From Nitrospirota bacterium (GTDB taxonomy: Bacteria; Nitrospirota; Thermodesulfovibrionia; Thermodesulfovibrionales; SM23-35): a stretch of DNA of 64,000 bases. Position 1 is the first letter of the stretch. Each line of letters starts with the position of its first letter. The notes beneath the pieces are model-generated. The model was not told the origin of the DNA. It saw nothing but the letters and a program-made list of their open reading frames with translations, and searched no databases. Below, piece by piece: positions 44,977-55,275 of this stretch. The position numbers and the translations under genes are program-made. Location of the stretch: positions 418-64,417 of the forward strand of contig JBFMDO010000077.1 of the NCBI GenBank assembly GCA_040753615.1, given 5' to 3'.

Positions 44977-47900
44977 ATGCCAAAAAGAACTGACATCAAA
45001 AAAATATTATTAATAGGCTCAGGTCCTATAATCATAGGACAGGCGTGTGAGTTTGACTATTCAGGGACACAGGCATGTAAGGCTCTTCGAGAAGAGGGTT
45101 ATAAGGTAATTCTCGTCAATTCTAATCCTGCAACTATTATGACAGACCCTGAGATAGCTGATGTAACCTACATAGAGCCCTTAACTGCTGAGGTCATTGA
45201 GATGATTATTGATAAAGAGCGTCCTGACGCCCTTCTTCCGACAATGGGTGGGCAAACTGCCTTAAATTTAGCAGTTGAACTCTCTAACAAAGGCATCCTC
45301 TCTAAATATAGAGTTGAACTCATCGGTGCAAAGATCGATGCAATTAAAAAGGCAGAGGACAGAGAACTTTTTAAGGATGCCATGAAAAAGATAGGACAGG
45401 AAGTTCCAAAATCTGCTTATGTGGGATTATTAAAGGAAGGACTTGAGGTGATAGAAGACATTGGATTTCCTGCAATCCTCAGGCCTTCATTCACCCTCGG
45501 AGGCACTGGCAGCGGCATAGCTTATAACATAGAAGAATATAAATATCTGCTCGAAAAAGGCTTAAAACTCAGCCCTGTAAGCCAGGTTCTTGTTGAGGAG
45601 TCAGTCCTCGGCTGGAAGGAATACGAGCTTGAGGTCATGAGGGATGTAAAAGACAACGTTGTTATTATTTGCTCAATAGAAAACTTTGACCCAATGGGAA
45701 TACATACAGGAGATTCGATTACTATTGCTCCTGCCCAGACACTCACTGATAAAGAATATCAAAGGATGCGTGATGCAGCTATCGCAATTATACGAGAGAT
45801 AGGTGTTGATACAGGAGGCTCAAATATCCAGTTTGCCCTTAATCAGAGAAACGGCAGGATGGTAGTCATAGAAATGAATCCGAGGGTATCGAGGAGTTCA
45901 GCGCTTGCATCAAAGGCAACGGGCTTTCCAATAGCAAAAATTGCAGCAAAACTTGCGGTTGGTCTTGCACTCGATGAGATACCAAATGATATTACCAAGG
46001 AAACACCCGCGTCATTTGAACCTACAATAGATTATGTTGTAACAAAGTTTCCGAGATTCGCATTCGAAAAATTTCCTGAAGCAGACCCAACACTTACCAC
46101 ACAGATGAAATCTGTTGGAGAAGTGATGTCAATCGGAAGAACTTTCAAGGAGTCTTTGCAGAAGGCTATAAGGAGTATCGAGATTGATAGCTATGGGTTT
46201 GAAGAGAGCAATGCTGATATAAATAAAATAAAGGCAAAACTTAAAACACCCGGCGCTGAGCGAATCTGGTATATAGCACAGGCTATCAGAGAAGGCATGA
46301 GTATTCAGGAGATATATGAACTTACATGGATAGACCCATGGTTTCTGCAAAATATCAAGCAGATAATAGATATGGAAGCTATATTAAAAAGTCAGAAGTT
46401 AAAACTCAAAACTCAAGATCTAAAAATCTCTGATGCCCTAACTGCTAACTCCGAACTTGTGAAATTGCTGATGGAAGCAAAGGGCTTTGGTTTTTCAGAT
46501 AGAAGAATAGCAGATCTGTTAAATGTAGAAGAGTCTGATATCAGACATTTAAGAAAACAATATAATCTGCATGCTGTATACAAAATGGTTGATACCTGTG
46601 CTGCAGAATTTGCTGCATATACACCATATTTTTATTCAACGTATGAAAAACCATTTTATAAGATTAATCCCCCCACCCCCCCTTTACTAAAGGGGGGCGA
46701 GGGGGGATTTGTTGAGTGTGAGGCTAATCCAAGTAACAGAAGAAAGATTCTTATCCTCGGCGCAGGCCCTAACAGGATAGGACAGGGCATAGAGTTTGAT
46801 TATTGCTGTGTTCATGCAGTATTTGCTCTCAGAGAACTGGGATATGAGACTATAATGGTAAATTGTAATCCTGAGACCGTCAGTACAGACTATGATACTG
46901 CTGATAGACTTTATTTTGAACCTCTTACAATAGAGGATGTGCTGAATATTATAAAAACAGAAAAACCCGAAGGGGTTATAGTCCAGTTTGGGGGGCAGAC
47001 ACCGCTAAAACTTGCCGTACCGCTTGAAAAAGAAGGCGTGAAGATTCTTGGCACATCACCTGATTCTATAGATCGTGCAGAAGACAGAAAAAGGTTTAAA
47101 GAACTCCTCCATAAACTCAATCTCAAACAGGCTGAGAGTGATACAGCAATGTCTATAGAAGAAGCCCTTACTGCTGCTTCAAGGATAGGTTATCCTGTGA
47201 TGGTAAGGCCATCTTATGTGCTCGGTGGCAGGGCAATGGAGATAGTATATGATGAAAAAGCCTTGATGGAATATATAGAGCGGGCAGTCAAGGCATCTCC
47301 TGAACATCCTGTCCTTATTGATAAATACCTCGAGGATGCCATAGAACTTGATGTTGATGCAATTTCTGATGGAAAAGATGTAATTATAGGAGGCGTGATG
47401 GAGCATATCGAGGAAGCAGGTATTCATTCAGGGGATTCAGCATGTTCTCTACCACCACATTCCTTGCCTGCGGAAACTATCGAGGAAATAAAAAAACAGA
47501 CAAAGGTTCTCGCAAAAGAGCTTAATGTAATAGGATTAATGAATGTCCAGTTTGCTGTGAAGGGCAGCGACATTTATATACTTGAAGTAAATCCAAGGGC
47601 ATCAAGGACAATTCCATTTGTGGGGAAAGCAACAGGCGTGCCGCTTGCAAAACTTGCTGCTAAAGCAATGATCGGCAAGACATTAAACGAACTCGGCATC
47701 ACAGAAGAAAAACTTATACGGCATATCGCAGTTAAAGAGGCTGTTTTCCCATTCGACAGGTTTTCCGGAGTTGATACAATACTTGGTCCTGAGATGAAAT
47801 CCACAGGTGAGGTAATGGGGATAGATAGTAATTTTGGCATTGCATTCGGGAAATCCCAAATAGCGTGTGGCAACAGAATACCTCTGTCAGGAAAGATATT

Positions 47901-48297
47901 TATAAGCCTTAAAGATAAAGATAAACCTGCTTCAGTTGATGTTGTAAAAAAACTACTTAATATTGGTTTTTCTGTAATTGCAACCAGAGGTACAGCCAAA
48001 TACCTTAAAGACCGTAATATTAATGTCGAGGTGATTAATAAAGTCATTGAAGGAAGGCCTCATATTGTAGATTTAATTAAGAATAAGGAGATTAATTTCA
48101 TAATCAATACAGTCAGCGGCACTCAGGCACAGAAAGACTCGTTCTCCATACGACAGAGTGCTATTCAATACAGGGTGCCATTTACTACAACAATGTCAGG
48201 GGCGATAGCAGTAGTGAATGCGATAGAGATGCTTAAGAGTAAAAAAATAAATATTCAATCCCTACAGGAATATCATAGCTCATCAGCCAATAGGTGA
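44977..48297 (+). CDS. carB: Carbamoyl-phosphate synthase large subunit with two in-frame inserts
   Basis: [46 protein letters not shown]. Confidence 0.98.
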   Translation: MPKRTDIKKILLIGSGPIIIGQACEFDYSGTQACKALREEGYKVILVNSNPATIMTDPEIADVTYIEPLTAEVIEMIIDKERPDALLPTMGGQTALNLAVELSNKGILSKYRVELIGAKIDAIKKAEDRELFKDAMKKIGQEVPKSAYVGLLKEGLEVIEDIGFPAILRPSFTLGGTGSGIAYNIEEYKYLLEKGLKLSPVSQVLVEESVLGWKEYELEVMRDVKDNVVIICSIENFDPMGIHTGDSITIAPAQTLTDKEYQRMRDAAIAIIREIGVDTGGSNIQFALNQRNGRMVVIEMNPRVSRSSALASKATGFPIAKIAAKLAVGLALDEIPNDITKETPASFEPTIDYVVTKFPRFAFEKFPEADPTLTTQMKSVGEVMSIGRTFKESLQKAIRSIEIDSYGFEESNADINKIKAKLKTPGAERIWYIAQAIREGMSIQEIYELTWIDPWFLQNIKQIIDMEAILKSQKLKLKTQDLKISDALTANSELVKLLMEAKGFGFSDRRIADLLNVEESDIRHLRKQYNLHAVYKMVDTCAAEFAAYTPYFYSTYEKPFYKINPPTPPLLKGGEGGFVECEANPSNRRKILILGAGPNRIGQGIEFDYCCVHAVFALRELGYETIMVNCNPETVSTDYDTADRLYFEPLTIEDVLNIIKTEKPEGVIVQFGGQTPLKLAVPLEKEGVKILGTSPDSIDRAEDRKRFKELLHKLNLKQAESDTAMSIEEALTAASRIGYPVMVRPSYVLGGRAMEIVYDEKALMEYIERAVKASPEHPVLIDKYLEDAIELDVDAISDGKDVIIGGVMEHIEEAGIHSGDSACSLPPHSLPAETIEEIKKQTKVLAKELNVIGLMNVQFAVKGSDIYILEVNPRASRTIPFVGKATGVPLAKLAAKAMIGKTLNELGITEEKLIRHIAVKEAVFPFDRFSGVDTILGPEMKSTGEVMGIDSNFGIAFGKSQIACGNRIPLSGKIFISLKDKDKPASVDVVKKLLNIGFSVIATRGTAKYLKDRNINVEVINKVIEGRPHIVDLIKNKEINFIINTVSGTQAQKDSFSIRQSAIQYRVPFTTTMSGAIAVVNAIEMLKSKKINIQSLQEYHSSSANR
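46387..46458. repeat. Heptamer-periodic hairpin in frame within carB
   Basis: aaaagtc agaagtt aaaactc aaaactc aagatct aaaaatc ... ctaactg ctaactc cgaactt. Confidence 0.7.
46666..46709. repeat. C-tract/G-tract palindrome in frame within carB
   Basis: aat cccccc a ccccccc tttactaaa gggggg cga gggggg att, encoding [15 protein letters not shown]. Confidence 0.9.
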
Positions 48298-48357
48298 AGC
48301 CCTTTTGACTTGCTTTTTAAGATATTATGTTCTAAAGTTTAATTAATAATTCAGCAT

Positions 48358-49587
48358 ATGGCTGACGATGATATAAAAAAGACAAAATCAGAACTTATTA
48401 AAGATCTCAAATCCCTTCGGAAAAAAATACATAGTCTTGAATCCTTCCAGCAACATCAGCACATAAAAGATGAGTGGGAAAATACTTTTAATACCATAAG
48501 GGATTTGATTTTTATAACAGATGGAGAAGGTGTTGTAAGGCATGCAAATCGTTCATTGGCTGATAAATTAGGATTTCAGCCCTATGATTTAGTAGGTAAG
48601 CCGTGCTGGGAGATATTCAAATGTGATTATGATAAAAAAGAAAATTGTTCACTTAAAAAAATACAGCAGGGCTTATCTATAAGAAGACACGAGGTAAAAA
48701 TTCCATTTTTCGATATGTGGGTACTCGCCCATGTATATGCAGTATATACACCTTCTGGGAAAATTGATTATATCATTCATACCTATAGAGATATCACGGA
48801 ACATAAGAGGCTTGAAGAACAACTGCTCCAATTCAATAAGGTAGAGGCTATTGCAAGATTAGCCGGGGGAGTAGCACATGAATTTAATAACCTTTTAACA
48901 GGTATCATCGGCAACCTGAGTTTAGTTCAATCACAGATCAACATGGATTCAGAAGAGTACCGTTTTGTTGAGCGTGCCGACACAGCAGCTCAAAAGGCAG
49001 CAGAACTTATTAAGAGGCTGCTTGCCTTTTCCAGCAAATTGCAAACCACATATAATCTAATCTCGGTTAATGAAGAAATCCTTAAGGCAGTCAGCCTGCT
49101 TAGCGAGACAATTGACCCACGCATAGAGATTATTGTTAACCCTGATAAAAACTTGTGGACAGTGATGGCAGACCCTGTACTAATAAGCAATATGCTGATA
49201 AGCCTGATTATGAATGCACGAGATGCTATTTCTGAGTGTTTTGAAGGACTTTTCAGAAATGATTGCAAGGAGAAGGAATCTTTCTTTATTACTATAAAAA
49301 CCGAGAATATTGAGATGGATGAGAAATATTGTAAACTATATTCATCTGCTCGCCATGGTGAATATGTTCTTATTGCTATATCTGACAATGGGATTGGTAT
49401 GGATATAGAAACTCAGAAGCATATCTTTGAACCATTTTTTACAACAAGAGGAATGGATAAAGGCAAAGGACTTGGATTGGCCACTATTTACGGTATAGTG
49501 AAACAATGGGATGGCTGGATTAATGTATCAAGTGAAATAGGCAAGGGGACAACATTTAAGGTCTATCTGCCGCGCGCTATACCATGA
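48358..49587 (+). CDS. PAS-domain sensor histidine kinase, no receiver domain
   Basis: PAS; GVAHEFNNLL; DNGIGM, PFFTT, GLGLA, GTTFKVYLP at the C-terminus. Confidence 0.9.
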   Translation: MADDDIKKTKSELIKDLKSLRKKIHSLESFQQHQHIKDEWENTFNTIRDLIFITDGEGVVRHANRSLADKLGFQPYDLVGKPCWEIFKCDYDKKENCSLKKIQQGLSIRRHEVKIPFFDMWVLAHVYAVYTPSGKIDYIIHTYRDITEHKRLEEQLLQFNKVEAIARLAGGVAHEFNNLLTGIIGNLSLVQSQINMDSEEYRFVERADTAAQKAAELIKRLLAFSSKLQTTYNLISVNEEILKAVSLLSETIDPRIEIIVNPDKNLWTVMADPVLISNMLISLIMNARDAISECFEGLFRNDCKEKESFFITIKTENIEMDEKYCKLYSSARHGEYVLIAISDNGIGMDIETQKHIFEPFFTTRGMDKGKGLGLATIYGIVKQWDGWINVSSEIGKGTTFKVYLPRAIP

Positions 49588-49590
49588 ACT

Positions 49591-50793
49591 CTATATGCCA
49601 CCTCTTAATATCACATATTCCAAAATTGCTCCACAGAAGACAAAGACGCACGCCGGGATTACCTTTTTATAATACATCACCCACATATCTGCCTTAAAAT
49701 ACTCCTTTGTAAGGATAAGGCATACATGCACAGGGGAAAGAAGTACGCCGAGAAATCCCGATGCAAATGCAAATGATATTGCTTCTATTGATACATTGCC
49801 GGCAAGGCTGATAACAAGGGGGAAAGTGCTCCCCACAAAACCCACAGTAATGCCTGTAAGCAATCCGGTAATAAAGGGAAGAAAGAAAAGAAGAGGAAAC
49901 AGGGGGATACCCTCTTTTATAAGAAACTGACTGAGGTTCTTTACTGCCCCTGAATATTCCATTGCCTCTTTGAATATCATAACGCCCAATATCAGTATTA
50001 TCACCTCGAATGAAAAACCATACTTGAATGCACTAAAAATAGATTTTAGATTGTACTTATAAAATAAAAGCAGAAATATTACAACACCAATCAGTGCGTA
50101 ATGCAGTTCAATACGAAATATAAACACAAGCAGAAGAACTGTAACAATTGGGAAGAAACTCCATATCCCCTTTTTTGAAAAACTGCTTTCTGTTTTTATA
50201 CCTCCCTTAACACCCCTCATAGCAAAAACAAATCCTGTTAAGAGCATTAAGATAGCATATGTTAGGTTTGCAGTAATCAGGCTATAAAGCTCTATTTTCG
50301 AAATAGCAGATGCAAGTAATATCCCTGGATATAAAGGCAATATATATTCCCACGGATGCCTAAACCAGTAATTGATAAATCCTTTTTCTTCTGCGCTCAT
50401 TTTAGTATCTCTGGTTGTCTCTGCCACCATTGGCGCAGAAAAATATGCACCTCCAATAGAAGGCATCAGCCCTATCAGGAGAGGCATTGATATTATCACT
50501 AATTTTCTGTTTTTGAGTATTGCCTTTACAGCATTCATCATCTGTGCAAGTACAGCATGCTCCCTGAGTATCATTTCAAATATCCTGATAAATGATAAGG
50601 CGAGGATTAGTTTAATCGTAACACTATTTGTGAGGGCGCCTTTACATGTCTTCCCTATTGAGGCGAATGACATCTGATAAAGAAGAAACAGCACACATGC
50701 GGCAATCAAAAGAACAATACCAACGTTCAGTTTCTTCTTGAGCAGGAGTACTATGATTATGAAGATAAACGATATCTTCAGCAGATCAGGCAT
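49591..50793 (-). CDS. DUF401-like polytopic membrane protein
   Basis: GLMPSIGGAYFSAP, NYWFRHPWEY, LSPVHVCL. Confidence 0.8.
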   Translation of the reverse strand: MPDLLKISFIFIIIVLLLKKKLNVGIVLLIAACVLFLLYQMSFASIGKTCKGALTNSVTIKLILALSFIRIFEMILREHAVLAQMMNAVKAILKNRKLVIISMPLLIGLMPSIGGAYFSAPMVAETTRDTKMSAEEKGFINYWFRHPWEYILPLYPGILLASAISKIELYSLITANLTYAILMLLTGFVFAMRGVKGGIKTESSFSKKGIWSFFPIVTVLLLVFIFRIELHYALIGVVIFLLLFYKYNLKSIFSAFKYGFSFEVIILILGVMIFKEAMEYSGAVKNLSQFLIKEGIPLFPLLFFLPFITGLLTGITVGFVGSTFPLVISLAGNVSIEAISFAFASGFLGVLLSPVHVCLILTKEYFKADMWVMYYKKVIPACVFVFCGAILEYVILRGGI

Positions 50794-50801
50794 TTAGCAT
50801 T

Positions 50802-51551
50802 TTAGCATATCTTTCTTTGTCTATTCTGGCTTGAAAGAGGGAGTTCGAGACTGTTTTTTTCAAGCAAAAGTGCATTTAAGAGAATATCTTCTGTAGCGCC
50901 ATCGGCTGCAATCTTTCCGTCTTTTATGATAATGCATCTTCTGCAGACATCGAGTATCATGTCGAGATCATGGGAGGCTATAATCTTTGTGTGTTCAAAA
51001 CTTCTGAGGAGGTTGATAATCTGCCTTCTTGATTTTGGGTCAAGATTTGATACAGGCTCATCCATAACCAATATGTCCGGATACATTGCCATAACAGTGG
51101 CAATTGCAACCGCCCTTTTTTGGCCTTCTGATAGCCTGTGAGGCGGCCTCTGCGCGAGATGACTACAGCCTACGACCTCTAAGGCATTTTTAACCCTTTC
51201 TTCAACCTTTTGAGGAGTTAATCCAAGATTTACCGGACCAAATGCCACATCCTCATAAACAGTTGGCATGAACAACTGGTCATCAGGCATCTGAAAAACA
51301 AAACCTATCTTCTTCCTTATCTCCTGCCGTGTCTTTTTTGTAAGTGGTATTTCTCCTATGGATATCTCGCCTTTTGTTGGAAGGAGATGCCCATGCAGAT
51401 TTAAAAGGAGCGTTGTCTTACCAGCACCGTTTGCACCTACTATGCCTACAGATTCACCATGGAATATCCTGAGAGAAATGCCTTTCAGCACTTCTGTTCC
51501 GTCAGGATAAGTAAAATGAACATCTTTAAGCTCGACTATATGGTGGCTCAT
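50802..51551 (-). CDS. cbiO: ECF Co/Ni transporter ATPase
   Basis: GANGAGKT, FQMPDDQLF, LSEGQKR, MDEP, SHD. Confidence 0.9.
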   Translation of the reverse strand: MSHHIVELKDVHFTYPDGTEVLKGISLRIFHGESVGIVGANGAGKTTLLLNLHGHLLPTKGEISIGEIPLTKKTRQEIRKKIGFVFQMPDDQLFMPTVYEDVAFGPVNLGLTPQKVEERVKNALEVVGCSHLAQRPPHRLSEGQKRAVAIATVMAMYPDILVMDEPVSNLDPKSRRQIINLLRSFEHTKIIASHDLDMILDVCRRCIIIKDGKIAADGATEDILLNALLLEKNSLELPLSSQNRQRKIC

Positions 51552-51552
51552 A

Positions 51553-52359
51553 TTAAAAAGAACTTCTTACAGTTTTTCCAATTAGATTCGCTATATCGAA
51601 GTTTCTGAAAATATAGAACATAGTAATAGAAAATGCTGTGAATATAATATCTTTAAACCCGATGCTATGTCTATCAGAAATCCTTATCTCGCCCCTAAAC
51701 CCCCTCGAAAGCATAGCCTGATAAATCCTTTCTGCCCTTTCAACACTTCTCAGAAGAAGAACTGATAAGAGCCTGCTGAATGCCTTTATCTCTTTTCCTT
51801 TATTCCCAAAAGACCTTGCCTCTCTCGCCCTGATCATCCTTAAAGTCTCTTCAAGAAGGACAAAAAGATATCTATAAAGAAAGAGCAGTTGAACCACAAA
51901 TAGTCTTGGAAACTTCATTCTCTCGAGGGCTTCGCATATGCCGGGAAAAGAGGTAACAGCAATCAGTATAATTGCTGTGCTTACTGTAAGCATAAATTTT
52001 ATCAGAATCGAAAAAAAGGAAATCCACCCGCCTGAAACCGGGATTCCAAAAAGCGTAGTAATCGCCTCTTTATCAATCAGTGGATTGAATATCCCCACGA
52101 AAATGGCAAAAGGTGATATGAATAACACCTTTTTTGCAATAGCCCTTAAAGGGATGCCGCCTGCTGTCAGTATGAAGACCGGGTAGACAAAAAATGGGAT
52201 TAGGGCTGAAATTTCATACTTTGGAACAGAGACAACAAAGAGGATAAATATGAATGAAACGAGAATTTTTACCCTCGGGTCAAGCCTGTGGACAAAAGTA
52301 TCCTTATATGAAAGAGAGTCGAGATAGCCTATGTTAAAGTATTCAGAATCAAAGGTCAT
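51553..52359 (-). CDS. cbiQ: ECF Co/Ni transporter T component
   Basis: HRLDPRVK, LYRYLFVL, ERAERIYQAMLSRGF. Confidence 0.9.
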   Translation of the reverse strand: MTFDSEYFNIGYLDSLSYKDTFVHRLDPRVKILVSFIFILFVVSVPKYEISALIPFFVYPVFILTAGGIPLRAIAKKVLFISPFAIFVGIFNPLIDKEAITTLFGIPVSGGWISFFSILIKFMLTVSTAIILIAVTSFPGICEALERMKFPRLFVVQLLFLYRYLFVLLEETLRMIRAREARSFGNKGKEIKAFSRLLSVLLLRSVERAERIYQAMLSRGFRGEIRISDRHSIGFKDIIFTAFSITMFYIFRNFDIANLIGKTVRSSF

Positions 52360-53390
52360 GTCCTTTCCTTAGATCTTCTCAACATCTTTATTCCTATCCC
52401 AAAAATAACAATCGAACCTAATACTATAAGACTGCCGATAAGACCTGAAAGGGATGTGCCAGGATCTATAGCAGGCCATAAAGGCTCTGTCTCTTCTTCA
52501 TTGCCTGAGGGCAGGGAATAGTCAGGGAGTATAGCAGTTTTCTCCTGAATTTCAGATAGTTGTTCTTTGACAGGGGTTGTCCTTTCAGATATTTCTGGTT
52601 GACCATAAATTTTTTCGATTGACCATTCAAGTCCGTCAGGATATGTAGAGGCAAACCATGAAAAGGCGCCACCTGTAATAGCAGCAAGTATTGCTATAGC
52701 GATTACAACCTTCTTTATCGAACCTTCTGCAGAAAAGGATTTAACACTCTCCATATTTTCAACCATGTCCGGTCTGAGGGTTCTTACATAGCTCACAACT
52801 CCTGCTGTAATAAATCCTTCAACCATGCCGATTGCCAGATGGATTGGCAACATTAGTAAAAAGAATGTACTGAAAGGCAGTTCTGTAACACCCGAGAGCT
52901 TTGTCTCAATAACAACAGAAAAAGCACCAAGTTGAAGTGCCGCTACTGTACTGACAATTGCTGCGATTGTAATTCTTTTGGTTGAATTATTTCCTTTTAC
53001 TATCGCTTTGTAAATGAGTGGATATCCTATAAAACAGGGGTAAATACCAAGATTCCATATATTGGCTCCGAGGGCAAGCAGTCCGCCATCAGCAAAAAAA
53101 AGCGCCTGTATTGTCAGAACAGACGCAATCACAAGAAATGCTGGATACGGGCCCAGAAGAATAGCAAGCAACATGCCTCCGCCTATATGTCCACTGGAGC
53201 CTGTTCCGGGTATCGTGAAATTAATCATCTGTCCTGCAAAGATAAATGCACCCAGAATCCCCATAAGGGGAATTAATTTTTCATCGAACTTGTCTTTTAT
53301 TTTTTTGGCTGAATAGATAATCGCACTCAGTGTGCCTGCCCAGAAGGCGCCACCTACTGCGGGTGAAAGCAACGCATCTGCCATATGCAT
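52356..53390 (-). CDS. cbiM: ECF Co/Ni substrate component (CbiM/NikM fused to a PDGLE domain)
   Basis: MHMAD N-terminus, GSSGHIGGG, ASTYPDGLEW. Confidence 0.9.
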   Translation of the reverse strand: MHMADALLSPAVGGAFWAGTLSAIIYSAKKIKDKFDEKLIPLMGILGAFIFAGQMINFTIPGTGSSGHIGGGMLLAILLGPYPAFLVIASVLTIQALFFADGGLLALGANIWNLGIYPCFIGYPLIYKAIVKGNNSTKRITIAAIVSTVAALQLGAFSVVIETKLSGVTELPFSTFFLLMLPIHLAIGMVEGFITAGVVSYVRTLRPDMVENMESVKSFSAEGSIKKVVIAIAILAAITGGAFSWFASTYPDGLEWSIEKIYGQPEISERTTPVKEQLSEIQEKTAILPDYSLPSGNEEETEPLWPAIDPGTSLSGLIGSLIVLGSIVIFGIGIKMLRRSKERT

Positions 53391-53427
53391 GACGTACCTC
53401 CTTTAAAATCTAAAGTTTTTCCTAAAA

Positions 53428-53533
53428 ACAAAAAAGCCACAAGGCTTTTCCCTGGTCCGCTGACCACCTTAAGCCTTCGTGGCTTTAAATTCTGGCTAAT
53501 ATTACCACATAATGTGCCTGATTTGCAAATCAG
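53428..53533 (-). promoter_or_regulatory. cbiM promoter region with a 16-bp palindrome and a terminator-like leader hairpin
   Basis: CTGATTTGCAAATCAG (53518-53533) over TTGCAA-18-TAATAT; leader stem AAAGCCAC-G-AAGGCTT / AAGCCTT-GTGGCTTT plus T tract (53433-53486) with inner hairpin TGGTC/GACCA. Confidence 0.6.
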
Positions 53534-53570
53534 CTTTGGTATCTTTTCAACTTAGCAAAATTACATTTTT

Positions 53571-54023
53571 TCATTTCCAGCTCACAACATCTGCATCTTC
53601 TCCTTCGCCTCCCTCTGTTTTGTCTGCACCGAGCGAATACAGGTCATAATCTCCGTGGGTTCCTGGAGATATATAAACATATGCATTTCCCCATGGATCC
53701 AGTGGGATTTCTTTAGGAAGATAGGGACCGTTCCAGTTTTCAATATCAGAGGATTTTGTCCTCAAGGCATTTAATCCCTCAGAGGTTGCTGGGTATCTTC
53801 CTGTATCAAGCCTGAATGAATCGAGCGCTGTGCCAAAAAGTTCTATCTGTGCCTTTGCTGTTTTTTGTTTTGCCTGTCCAACCCTTCCAAACATCTTTGG
53901 AGCAACAAGTGCTGCAAGCAGTCCGAGTATAACAATTACTACCAGGAGTTCTATTAAGGTAATGCCTTTTTTAGAACTCAGAATGCGGCATACATGACTT
54001 TCATTGTTCATTTTATCTTTCAT
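53571..54023 (-). CDS. gspG: T2SS major pseudopilin
   Basis: KGITLIELLVVIVILGLLA, FRLDTGRYP, DPWGNAYVY, SLGAD. Confidence 0.95.
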   Translation of the reverse strand: MKDKMNNESHVCRILSSKKGITLIELLVVIVILGLLAALVAPKMFGRVGQAKQKTAKAQIELFGTALDSFRLDTGRYPATSEGLNALRTKSSDIENWNGPYLPKEIPLDPWGNAYVYISPGTHGDYDLYSLGADKTEGGEGEDADVVSWK

Positions 54024-54057
54024 AATAACCTCCAGTTTAAATTATCCCTTCTCCCCT

Positions 54058-55275
54058 CTAAAACGGTAATTCATTAAGACTGAATATTGCCATGAGCATT
54101 GCGATAACAATAAACGCAACAATGAGTCCCATAAAAAGAATAAGAACAGGTTCGAGAAGCGAAAGCAGTCTTTTCACTCTTGTCCTTGCCTCTGAATCAA
54201 ACCTGTCAGCTATTTTTATCAGCATCTCGTCTAATTTTCCTGTTTCCTCTCCTACTGTTATCATATGAATGGAGATAGGAGGAAATATATCGCTTTCTTT
54301 TAATGAGCCTGAGATTTTCTTGCCTTTTCTTATGGCTTCTCTTAATGATGATATTGTTCCCCTCATTTTCTCGCTTTCCAGTATGCCCTCAACTGACTGG
54401 AGAGCGTTAAGAATCGGCACTCCGCTTTGAAGCAATGTGCCGAGTGTTCTTGTAAACCGCGAGACAGTAACTTCTCTGTAAAGCCTGCCAAAGATGGGGA
54501 TATTGAATCTGAGATTATCCCAGTAATTTTTTCCCTTAGGGCTTTTGAGATAACGGCGGAATGACAGAAATCCTGCAAACAAGAAACATGCAATTAGCCA
54601 CCAGTAATTTTTGAGAGCAGAGCTTATAGATAGTAGTATCTGAGTTGGAAGAGGAAGTGCTTGCCCCATGTCTGAGAATATCCTTGTGAATTTTGGAACG
54701 ACGAATATAAGAAGCACTCCAACTGCAGCGCCGCCGACAATGGTTAAAAGTGCAGGATAAATCAGCGCCGAACGCACTTCTTCTTTTATTTTCTGTGAAT
54801 TTTCGAGATAAGCAGTGAGTCTTAAAATTGTTTCTTCGAGAAATCCTCCTGTTTCACCTGCCTTTATCATATTTATATAAAATGGAGGAAACAGAGACGG
54901 GTATTTTGATAATGAATCTGAGAGAGATTTCCCGCTCCGCACGCTCGAAAAGAGGTCTTTTATAATTTCTTTGAGAGCTTTTTTTTCAGTAAGGTCAGAA
55001 AGTATTGAAAGGCTTTTATCTAATGGAAAACCTGCTTCTAATAAAACACCTAACTGATATGAAAAATCCATCAAGTCTTTTTCTTTTAGTTTGTTGTTCA
55101 GGATAGAGGTAAAATATGATGTCAAGCCAGCGGCATTGGAGGTCTTGCTTAGTTTTAATGGAAAGTAACCCATGTCTTGGAGACGGTCAATCGCCAGCCT
55201 TTCATTGACTGCTTCTATCGTTCCTGTTACAATACTGCCTTCTGATGTGGCTGCTTCGTATGAGAATACCTCCAT
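54058..55275 (-). CDS. gspF: T2SS platform protein
   Basis: AGETGG, YP, VGEETGKLDEML, LLEP. Confidence 0.93.
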   Translation of the reverse strand: MEVFSYEAATSEGSIVTGTIEAVNERLAIDRLQDMGYFPLKLSKTSNAAGLTSYFTSILNNKLKEKDLMDFSYQLGVLLEAGFPLDKSLSILSDLTEKKALKEIIKDLFSSVRSGKSLSDSLSKYPSLFPPFYINMIKAGETGGFLEETILRLTAYLENSQKIKEEVRSALIYPALLTIVGGAAVGVLLIFVVPKFTRIFSDMGQALPLPTQILLSISSALKNYWWLIACFLFAGFLSFRRYLKSPKGKNYWDNLRFNIPIFGRLYREVTVSRFTRTLGTLLQSGVPILNALQSVEGILESEKMRGTISSLREAIRKGKKISGSLKESDIFPPISIHMITVGEETGKLDEMLIKIADRFDSEARTRVKRLLSLLEPVLILFMGLIVAFIVIAMLMAIFSLNELPF

